64,000 nucleotides of DNA, taken from Rhina ancylostomus (lineage: Eukaryota). The stretch lies in contig JARFYF010000118.1 of NCBI GenBank assembly GCA_030265395.1, forward strand, positions 24,277,824-24,341,823, in the 5' to 3' direction. Both the position numbers and the translations under genes were made by a program. Positions 13,901-25,900 of the stretch are shown here, piece after piece. Position 1 is the stretch's first letter. Every line of letters begins with the position of its first letter. The notes beneath the pieces were generated by a model, which saw only the letters and a program-made list of their open reading frames with translations, had not been told where the DNA came from and did not search any database.

Positions 13901-16900
13901 NNNNNTGACTGTGGTCATTATCACAAATATCCCTGCTCCTTATTCTCTTCCTGCCACGCCTACATGTGACCTTTCCAACAGGGACCAGAAGTAGCGTCCC
14001 TGGCTGATTTCTTTGCTGTTCAATCCAGATGTACCATAAGTCAAACATAACTAACTAACATTAGTTAACAGCACAGACCTTTATCTTCTGGCTCTGCATG
14101 GAAACTAGGTGATGCCTTTGCTAGTTATTAATGAGCTCTGCATAATGTTTATTTGCTATTGAGTAGCAACAGTGGCTTGTAACTGAGCCACCAACCATCA
14201 TTGTTAGATGGCGAAGAGGATTTATTTGAAGCACTTTTGCCGAATTAACAAAATGACTATAGAAATTCCCACTTCAAAATTAACAAGATAATTACATGAG
14301 TTATGGTACTAAATATAATTAACACCCTCTTCCCACTTTGCCTTCAACTTTGTGCCTTTTTTTAATATAAAATTGCTGCAATAACTCGGCTAAATAACTC
14401 AGATTGCCACCACAAGATTGCATTGGAACAAAGCCTAGTGGCAATTTACATGAGTCTTGATGTTTACAGATGTTGGTTTGGAGAAGTAGCGGGGCATCGT
14501 ATGGACTACATCGTTCAGGGCCCAGTGGTACTGGTACTGCTGGTAAGTGTGTGAATGCACTGGTGCCAATTTGATTGAATTATTGTTAATTAGGGGTATC
14601 ATCCCTTTGCATAGGGAAATCACTGGTCTGTTCCATGTGATTTGTTTTTGATTTGTAACCAAAATGAATTCTGGTTGGATTTGTATTCTGAAGCCTTGGT
14701 GCTTATCATGATGAGATATTAAGGGAACAGAGTCTTTTCACATGAGATAGACATGGCTGAGTTTCATCTAGAGATGTAAACCATGCCTCAAAGTTTGCAA
14801 ACACATGCTAATCCATTTGAATTTTGCTTGCATTTCATGGATCAGCTTATTAATATGACAAGGTACAGACTAGAAAACTAACATTTTGAGTAGAGTACAT
14901 GAGTAATTTGACTTTTTGCAGGTATAACTGCTTAGAGGTTCTGTAAAGCATGCATTGAGATTGGGTTAATACATTAGAACAGTGAGTGTTTTCCTTTGAC
15001 TGCAAGTTTCTGGGTGTTGCACAGTTTCATTCACAAATGTTCTTCTTCCAAGGCTGTGTTCAAGTGGCAGGCAAGATTCTTGCTCGATCTGCATATTTGG
15101 AGGAGGGAGGGGGGGGTGGGCAGCAGAACATATCATTTAAGTAGTTTGTTTGGGAGTGGGCCGGCTACGGATACTGGAGGAGACTGGGTAGCCAGAAGCA
15201 TCGGGGGGACAGGATACTGTCCGACCTGGACACTATCTTGTCCCCCCGGTTCAACCCCTTCCCACCTATGTCCATGATCTTTGTTTCTCTAGCATCGGGG
15301 AGGGTTGTATTTCAGCTATCTTCAGGGATGGGGTATCAGGGCCAGTGTCAGGGGAAGGGGATTTGGGAGGTCAGCACAATGACTGGTGTTAGTATCAATA
15401 ACATAAGAAAGGGGATTGTGAAAGGGTTACAGAATGGAGGGGTGTCAAGAGTAGGCAAAAAATTGGGGTCGTTAGGGTAGCCCATTCAGTGATGTGGGTG
15501 CAATGAGGACTTAGGCAGGTTTTTCATTTACCCGCAAATCTCCCTGACTAGCATTGTGGATTAAAGAACATTGCATGTGGAACCATCTTATCATTTGCAT
15601 CCCTGATGTGGAACTTGTGACTGATGACCAGAAGTACCCAGTCAAATTTCCCCACAGGTGTGATGATCTGCTTGTTCTGGGCTAAATTAATTTTTAATCA
15701 AAATAACATAAGGATGTCCAATCAAATTTCTAGGCAAACAAGGTTAGGGGAGAGGATCAATTTTACCAATTCCTTCCATGCAGATGCACTGCTGAGATTT
15801 ACCTTGTATTAGTTTTGGGTACATTAATTAACAGTGATTGATTGCTATGATTAATTAGTTCTAATAACATTGTACCATGTGACAACCAGAGTGATTGGAG
15901 GTGAAGGAGATAGCCCTTGGTTATTATTCTACTAGCAATTCTAAAATGTCTCTCCAATTCATTTATGTGTTAAAACATACCTCTGCTTCTCCATGCCAGT
16001 TTCAAGAGGATGCTTCAGTTAGAACTACATATGAATCTTGGTTTCTGTAAAGAAAAGGCCATCCCACTTAGGTCCCAATCCTTTAATCGATCTGGGTATA
16101 TCATCAGTGACAGAAACTCTCCAAGAAAGGTTTTAGTTATTACAGCAGTATAAAAGGTAGAATAGAACAAACCATTGAGTTAATGGAATGGAACAAAATG
16201 GTAATCTGTGCTTTATGTCAGTGCATGTTACAATGATGGACTTCATTTGTTGACATCACTGGCATGCATTGATTGATACCTTGGCCATCCAGGTGTTTAA
16301 TGAAGATTCACAGATAACGTAAAAAGAGTTCAAACTCAGTGCTTATGTTCTGAACTGCAATTCACTTTGACTTAAAAGGCAAGAGTCCTCATTGTTCCAA
16401 TTTTCTTTTACATGACGATAAATAAAATACTTGTGATTCCAGCATAATTTCTTTTAAATTCCATGCTTTTGGATTTAGTCAGTATTGAAACCTATTGACA
16501 ATAAAACTATCCAGATTAACTTTAGCGAATGGTTTACAGAAATTGTTGAGCCTGAATTACAATATGAATAGCAGAAACTGCATTTTCTTTAACATGTAAA
16601 ATATATTTAATTTGACAAATGTTATTTTAAGTTAGTGACTCATCAAGCCAAAGTGTTTCACTGAGATATTCTCAGCCAAATTTGACACCAAGTCACCTCA
16701 AGGCATTAGAACAGAGATTTGATTGAAAAAAAAATCAGTTTTAAAACTGACTGGGAGAAAAATATAGAGAAGTGAAAATCTAACGTGGAATTTCCAGAGC
16801 TCAGGTCTGAAGCAGTTGAAGGTATGGCCAGCTATCGATTGAGGAAAAAAGTGAATGACATTTGTGAAGGCACAATTTTAGAACTCTTTTCATTTAGCCA

Positions 16901-19900
16901 GCTACTAAATGTTAATTTGCATGAAGAGTGCCTTTAATAAATCTGATGGTAATGTAACTTGCAAGTAAGATCCCCTTCAGCATCAGCAATATTCAGTTTG
17001 TATGCATAGATGAAACAAAATAAACAAAGAGCAATTTGGTTGGACTTAAACTAATGCAGTTTATAGTTCTTGTCATCATTTCACTGAGTGGATAAGAGTC
17101 TATAGAGGGCTTCTAAACTGCAACTGGAGAATGACCACCAGAAAGCAAGCTGGGAACTTAGATTGAAAGAAAAGCCACACCAGGAAAAGTTATCTAAATT
17201 TACAAGTTCCTAAGGAATATCAATCAAATCCTAACAGGACAGAACTTATTGGGAGAGATCTCCCACACCAATGGCAATACTAATGCTGGAACTCAGCTGG
17301 GTACCTGTTTACAGGAGTTGCTGTTAACCTAAGTCAATGGTGGCTTCTTCCACACAAACTCTGGAGGATTCCTCATGGGTGGCCTGATCCTCTACAAGCC
17401 TCCCAGCTCACAGCTGGGGGAATCTGCCCACTTAGCATGTGCCAGGTTAAACCCGTTACAAGCACAGCAATCCCCATTCAAATGATTGGGAGACATTCAG
17501 CTTCCAAAAACACAGTAAGGAGTTGTGTTTTTATTACTGATCTAATTGTTTGAAAACAATTAAATGTGAATATACATTTAAGTTTGAACAAATTACCACG
17601 TTTAATACTGTAACAATATTTTAATTTTTTACATGCCCCAGGCATGAATGTTTATATACGCCAGAGACCTTCACACACATTGAGAGGCCCTGACAACACT
17701 GGCAGCCAGTGAGCCTGTGTTAGGGGTGGGGCCTCACCAGCTGTCACTGTTGTTCCTTGAGTCCAGTTGGTTACCTGTGCGTTACACCAAAGTACTGGGA
17801 ACCAGGCACTCAGTGGAAGACCATGCTGCAACAGCAATGTGCTGCAGGGGTCATTGATTTTGTGGCAATGGAGAATTAGCCCATCGTGGATGTTTTTGTC
17901 TTGTCCTTGAAAGCTATGCAATTATTGAAGCACTTTTAAATTGTTATCACTTTGAAAAATAGGCAAATGTGGCAGTAAACTTGGGAATAAATCACCTAAC
18001 AATTTGTAATTTAATGTTGGTTAGGGTATTGGTGGAGACACTACAGGAGACTCTGTGTCATGAGGTCTTTTAAATCCACATAGGGGAGGAGCCATAGCCA
18101 CAGTTTAATATCTCATCCAATAATCTAGAACACCAGCAGTGAAGCTCTCACCTAGTAATGCATTAATAACAGAAGTAAAGCTGAACACAGTTTAGTCTGA
18201 ACAGATTGCTTGAGGAGGTTACAAGTGTTAGAAAATCAACAGTGATAATTAACTTCCTAGTGAAAAAATGTGTTTCTATTACTGATTTGAACTTCACACT
18301 CAGTAAAATAGTACAAATCAAATGATTCCAGGTTTGATTTTTGGGCGAAAGTTTTACCCCTTTTACCACAAGAGGGTTGAAGCAGGACTTAAACTCTCAG
18401 TCCTGAGCCGGATCCATTTTGTGGGGTCAGAGCTCCCACCGGCAGGATGGAGCCCACTGCATCCATGGAGAGAGCACAAATTAAAGAAACTGTGCAACCA
18501 TGAAAATGAGAAGGATCCTATTGCCATTGCAACTGAGTTAATGCTGCATAAACTCAAAATTGAGTTTAGAGCCTTACTGATTTCTTTGCCCTCATGGGAC
18601 ATTATGGGGTTCTGTTAATAGGCAGTAAGACTTTGAGAGAACTGAACTTCAGATATTTGGTATTGTTTAGCAAGTTTAATGCTACTGACCAGCCATGCTC
18701 TTCAGAAAAATACTTAATGATGTCTTTACCAAATGACCAGAAGTTTGTAATTGGATTAGCCAACTTTTCAGATGTTCAGGGAATTTTATTTGCCCTGAAT
18801 GGCAGGCATCGCAAAGACAAGTAAAAGAAAAATGTTATTTTGGTATGCAACCAGGAATGATTTTCACAGTTCTACAAGACTCCAATCACCTATGATGAAC
18901 ACTACCCACCCTCTCCTCTCACTGCTGTATGCACTACTATTGGTAAAGTAGGTGATTTGAAATTTAGTGTTGTCTGTTGTAATGCCACCACTGCCGATAA
19001 TTTACTAAGTTTTTATTATATGAAGCCAGGACAATACCATTTTCCCCATGAAATAACATCACTAAATCATTTAGCAGTGAAGGATTTTAGGATGTCCTAA
19101 GATTATAATCAGGGAACTTTAGAATGCAAAAGGAATTTCAAAGAAAGCCTTTTTCATGTACTATAATTTACATTCTGTAATAGCGAGGTCTTAAATTCTT
19201 TCCAGTATAAGATGTACTCATGCCTCTTTGTTTTTTTGAACAGGTGAATTTTATCTTTCTCTTCAACATTGTGAGGATCCTGATGACAAAATTGAGGGCA
19301 TCAACCACATCTGAGACAATGCAGTATAGGTAAATGAATACAAACCATCCATTATATAGGTACTGAGCTTAAAATTATTCTGTGCTGACAAAATGAATCA
19401 TTAATAATTAGAATCACCATCTGTTTGTACTGATCAAAGTAAAAATCAAGGAGATCTCTGCTGAAACTGAATACATCCTTTTTCTAGCTCTCATAATCCA
19501 TCATATCTTTGCATGATACTTCCTTTCTCATGACATTAATAAATGTCCCAATCAATCTCTGTCCTTGAAAAGTTACTGCTTGTGATTTGACTGCTGTTTT
19601 TAAACCAACTGGTATAAAACATCAAATCTGGTGTCTACTTGTAACACTTTACCTTGTTCATTAACCACAGACATGAAACTTAGCCAAATGCCTTCTGAAA
19701 GTTCAGCTTTATAATGTCATCAAGTATATATTATAAATGTTCAAGGTGTGGGTTACTTTGTAAAGTTCTGTTCCCCAATCAAAGGCTCAAAAAAAAGTAA
19801 CATATCTATGTAACATGTCCAGCCATAGATTTTCATGTCATGTATTGGGTCGAGGGTTATTTTGCACTGTCCATGTTAAGGGGTGGATTACGATTTAGTT

Positions 19901-22900
19901 TCCTGAAGAATCCCCTGGAACAGAGAAACAAGACTTGCCTGGCTATTCAGTTACTCTGTTCTGCTATTCAATTTGGTCATACTTGATTAACATTTCAGCA
20001 TAATTTAATTCAGATTTCTTGATATTTTGACTGAACAAAAATCTATCTTTATCTTGAAAATTTCAGTTGATGTCAGTGTCATGGTTCTGAGTTCTGGCCC
20101 TCAATTTGGCTCCTTTAATGCCTTGTTGTATAGCACATGGATTCCATGCTGGANNNNNNNNNNNNNNNNNNNNNNNNNNNNNNNNNNNNNNNNNNNNNNN
20201 NNNNNNNNNNNNNNNNNNNNNNNNNNNNNNNNNNNNNNNNNNNNNNNNNNNNNTTGGGTTCTCTGTGAGCTTGCTCTTGCTCAACATTGTGACAGTCAGT
20301 GATTTCCATATTTCAGTGCCCTTTGTGTGAAATTTGTGCTTCTTATTATCCATTCTGAATGGCTTAGCTCTAACCATAAAATTTTGTATCATTGTTCAAG
20401 ATTCCCCTTCCAGAGGAAATGCTTAGATCTAGTCAAGAAAAAATTAATTTCATCCCTCCACAGTGAACTGGATTTGAAATAAAATAAGAAAATCCTGCAA
20501 ATACTCAGCAGGCTGAACAGCATCTGCAGAGGGGGAGACTAACAAGGTTGATGCTTCATCAGAACTGAGAGTGGTTCTGGAACTTGAAGCCAGCTGTGAG
20601 GCCAAATCCAGTGGAGAAATATTGTGACATCAAAAAATTATATTTGATCCTGGATTCATGATCCAGAAAAGGTGAATTCATATTAGACCAAAATATTTGA
20701 GAATTTAAATTCAGTTAAAATTCAACAAAAATGAAACCACCAAACTTGTTTTAAAAACTCAGTATTCAGAAATGTGTTGTCTTTACTTAATAAGGTCTTT
20801 TCAAAAGTCCACTTNNNNNNNNNNCAGAGCAGGAATTGTACTGTCAACACGAGCTCTGCCTCAGAACCATCTTACCGGACCTCTCCACCACCTCATAATT
20901 GGCTCATGAATTTTGGGAAGATGGAAGTCTTTGTCTTTGTTCCACACCATGAACTTCATTCCTTAGCCATTGACTCCATCTTCACCTTAACAGCTGTTTA
21001 AATTTGAATCAGATTGTGTTATGATTCTGACCCCAGGATAAGTTTCACATTGCATATGTTTGCTATCACCAAAGCAAATTATTTCCACTCTAAAGTCACA
21101 GGCCTCCACCTATCTCAACTTCCCTGCTGCTGAGACCTCTGTTCAGTTTTATTGTAGGCATAATAATGCCAATGCACTTCTAGACAGCTTCCTTTGTTCT
21201 AGCCTCCCTAAACTTGAAGTCAACAAAAACTCAAACTGAGTCCAATTAACTCACTTCCCATGGATCCATGTCAGTTATTCCCTGGCCCAGGCACTCTTTA
21301 GTCTCCTCCATTCCTGCAGAACTCTGAGATAGAACAGCACAGGAACAGGCTCTTCAGTATATGATGTGCCAAACTAATTAAAGGTAGCTATCCTTCTTAG
21401 CTTTAACTGGTTTCACCAATGGCAGCCACCTTTCCTCTGAAGTTCTCTCACTGAATCTCTTTCCTACTCTATCTTTCTACTTTTCAGAACCTCCTTAACA
21501 TGCAACATTAGGTCACCTGCCATTCTGATGTCTATTGGGATTCAATGTCAACTTCTGTTTGATAACTTAGCATGAATCATCTTGAATGTTAATCACATTA
21601 AAGTGATGCCATTTGCCAAATAATTAGGAATTAAATCTTAATGAGACTCATTTACATCACACTGTATATTAGTTGTATGTAACATTGTTTTCAAATAGTT
21701 TTTTTCAAATCTCAAATGTTTTTATCTTTAAATTAGCTGTATCCATTAAATCAACTGATATATGTAGTGTGCTCAAGCTTTACATGAGTTACAAGAGACT
21801 TGTGCCTCATCCCTCATCTTCCTTTACATGTGTGGATAGGTTTTCCCATGTTTCTACTTTTTTGATTTATTATTTTTGTCCAGCCCAGTGCTTTTTAAGC
21901 ACTTAGTGAATGCCCAGAGATTGAGATCAATGTTGATTCTTGTGAGTGAAAGTAACAGCTATTAGTTACTGGTACATGTCATCTGGCATGTCATCTGGCT
22001 CAATGATGGAGGTTCTCTTTACCCAAATAGGCATCCTTCTAAGTTGGGTGGTTATGACTTGAAACCCCACCACAGATTTCGCTACATAAATGAGGTTGAT
22101 GTGCCAGTGCAGTACTGATCAGATTTGGACTGTTGGTGGGGTTATCTCTTAGATGAGAAATTAAACTGAAACCTACTCTGCAAGTTTGGGTGAATGTAAA
22201 AGATCCCGTGGCTTTTTAAAGAAGAGCAGTNNNNNNNNNNATTTAGCTGTGAAGTGTGTTTAGAAGTCCTAAGAACATGAAAAACACAAATGCAAGATTT
22301 CATTATTCAGGATTGTAAAGTGTTCTTCCAGTGCTGTTTTATACAATTGGTTGGATAGATTGCTGTGTGCTGATGTGCAATTATTTATATATTTGGAAAT
22401 ATATCGAAACTCATCTTCAACTGTACTATCTATATGAATTATAAATGCTACTATAACTGCAGTATGTTGGATGACTGAACAGGTGCTTGAGGAATTTATT
22501 TATTGTTTATTATCAATAATGTTGAAACAGTAATTCCCCACATAATGATTGTTGCAAATTTTAGTCATGCATTGCTCCCAGCAAACCNNNNNNNNNNNNN
22601 NNNNNNNNNNNNNNNNNNNNNNNNNNNNNNNNNNNNNNNNNNNNNNNNNNNNNNNNNNNNNNNNNNNNNNNNNNNNNNNNNNNNNNNGATCAGAAATTAT
22701 GGAGAGAACAAAAAACGTTCAGTTTTCCAGTTGATGTCCTTTTAGCACCTGCAGTATTTTGCTTTTTTTGTACAAACAAAAGCTGTTCATGTACTTTGCG
22801 GGATCAGCAATAAATGCTGACTTTAGCAGTGCTGGCAATGATCCTGAGAAATGTTATTGGGGATTTCAAACCATCCCTTACTTTGGAACATCATATGCAT

Positions 22901-25900
22901 ACATTGACCTGGCTTTGACCTCTTTTTTAGTTGTGATGGGTATCAGACACTTACATCTTCAGTTTATAGAAAACATGTCCATAATGTCAGAACTGCAATT
23001 CATATTCAGTACTCAGCAGATTAACTTTAATGAAAAATATTCATGAGTCTAATGCTGTCAGTTTTAACACATGCTAGTCTGCAGCTGAATGAGCAAAATC
23101 ATAAGCTGAGTGACATTCAAAATTCACATGTCATAGTTTAGAATTAACTACCAAAATTTTAACTGAAAACTTATGATCTGGTAACCTCCACCTAACATTT
23201 TGAAGACACTAAATGTTTTAAGAGAGTGATCTGAACCAAAAAAGATATAGTTTCTACCACTGAGCTCCTAAAGTATTGCCTATTCATTCAATATTCAACT
23301 AACACACAATGAATTTTGGTTAAAATGGGTTTACTTTATACCTATTTATTTTCTAGACAATCTAAGTTGAGTGGATAGTTTCTCCTAACCCCCATGTAAT
23401 TCTTTGCGGAAGAGACAAGACAGAATTGGACTTGGTGATTTGTTCAGTTATCCTTCCCCTGAGATTCTCTACACAGGGAGATAGGGCATTTAAATCAGAA
23501 TTTCAACCAGCAATTTCCATTGAAAGAAGCTATTTGTTCCATCAAGTCTATGCAGGTTCTCAGAGCATTCTCATTAATCCCATTCCTCCTCTTATTTTCC
23601 TGTAATCTATTCTCTCACTTACCCATTACACCCTCCCCTCCCCTGCCCTTACAATTCTCCTACCACACCACTGTGCCACTCATATGTGGATGTAGAGAAA
23701 CTACAAGTTCATTCTGCCCATGTTTCACAGATGGAATGTGATTCCCTGCCTCTGCTGAGTTGCCAGCTTTGGCATGGTAATATAGGAAAATGCCTAACAT
23801 GATTCATAATGAATAGGTAACCATTTGAAAAGAGCAAGATTAGACTACTTAATTAAGAAGAAAAATAGCTGATCAGATTTGCTCTGTAGAGCATCCTGTT
23901 TTTGCATTGGAATGTGCTATAATAGTTATGATTCTCAGTAAAAAGGAACATGGGAGTTATACCCTTATTTTACGCTGCTCACATGGAACCACATATAGAA
24001 TGGTATTGCAATAATCTGCACCTAGTAAACTGATAGTGTCTTAGACCTGAAACCCTAACTCTGTTTCTCTTTCCACAGATGTTTCCTGGCTTGTTGAGTG
24101 TTTTCTGTTTCTATTTTTGTTTCAGATTCCTAATATCTGCATTTTTTTGATTTTCATAACCTAACTCTTCACTAGAGGTGGTGAACAGCCAGTTGCTGAT
24201 TTTAATACTGCATCATTGTTTCTTAATGCCTCACTTTTCAATGGACAGCGAGGGATTGGCTCTAAAGTGAAGCTCATCTTGTGAGAACTTTTTTAAAGGC
24301 ATCTATGGAAGCCCTTTAGACTAAACATGCTGAGATGCAGATCGTATAAAGCCCTGGACTTTATCATTACAATTTCTTCAGTCATTAAGACATTTTCTTC
24401 ATTTTTGGAGCATTGCTTGTATCTCTCTTTTGGCAAAAAAATGTATACAATCCTTGACTGCACCAGAGATTGATCTCCGCAATTCAATAATTCTGTTTTT
24501 TTCTCTTTAACCCTTCATGCAGAACAGTGCAGTCTGACTCCTCTCACTGAATTTTAACTCATTCAATCACCCAATCTCTGCTGGCTCATTGACATTAATC
24601 AACCATTGTAATATTTTCAAACCTGTTGATAATTTGTTCTGCTGCACATAAGATATCTTCTCAAACTATGCAGCCTAATTCTAAATTGCTAATCATTTCC
24701 CCTGCTCTCAAATCTTCCTTCATAGCAATTGAAAAATAAAAAAAAAATAACAGGTGCTGAAAATCTGAAATTAAAAAAATATAAATGCTGGAAACACTGA
24801 ACAGGTCAGACAGCCTCTGTGAAAAGAGAAACAAAGTTAGTGACTTGGGTACTTGTAGAGTGTTTCTGACATTTTCTGTTCTTATATCATCCTTCAGAGG
24901 CCACCATTCAGGCTTCAGCCCAGTTTTCTATCAGAAATCTTCTGATTCTGCTGCCTCTATCATCTCTTTCAAAAGTTTGGCGCTGTAAAACGTTACGCTA
25001 ACTGCTATACTACCGTGCCTGCTGTGATATGATTTATTGCATCTGACAGGCTCAGTGTAATTTATTCAGTTTCCCCCAGATATGATCACCAAAGTGTAAA
25101 CATTGCAAAGTTGTTCATGATTACAGGAGGTATGTCAATAGTGGTGTGGGTAAATGCCAAAATTTCCCAGCGAAATCAGATGCTTCTCTTCTACAGATGG
25201 AATCACACAGCTTGGCTCTGTTGTCGTGCCATGATCAGAAAGTACAGTACAGGAACCATTTACACCTCAACTGCAGCAGCAACATAGTGTAATTGACAGT
25301 CTTGTACATCCTCATTTGGTTCAAGCTAAAGCCTGTTCAGAAATATGTTTCATGATTAATGCAATAAGTTTCACCTTCGATGTTAATTAAAAAAAAGGTT
25401 CTCTCTCTTTTCACCATCTGTCCTACAGGAAGGCAGTGAAGGCAATTTTAGTTCTGTTACCCCTTCTCGGGATCACCTACATACTGTTCTTCATTGATCC
25501 AGGCAAAGATGACATCTCATATGTTGCTTTCCTCTACTTCAATTCATTTCTGCAGTCCTTTCAGGTGGGTAATCTGGCAAAATGGTCTGACATCTCATAA
25601 CCTGAGCCCAAATGCAATTTCTCACCTTCATTTGTGATTCAGATTGGATCTTTTCCTGAAGCATTGTGCAATTTAGATGCTTAGCTAAGAGTTATTATTA
25701 CAATATGCTTCAGAACTCAATCAAACACTCTTGTGTTTTACAGGGTTTCTTTGTGTCAGTGTTTTACTGCTTCCTGAATGGAGAGGTAAGTTGAATCTAT
25801 TCTCTTCGAAAACAATCTGGTTGGAGTATTGGGTATAAATAATTTTAAAGCAGTATCATGTTTTATTCTTTCTAATCATTAGTAACTAAGCAGGGAAGTT

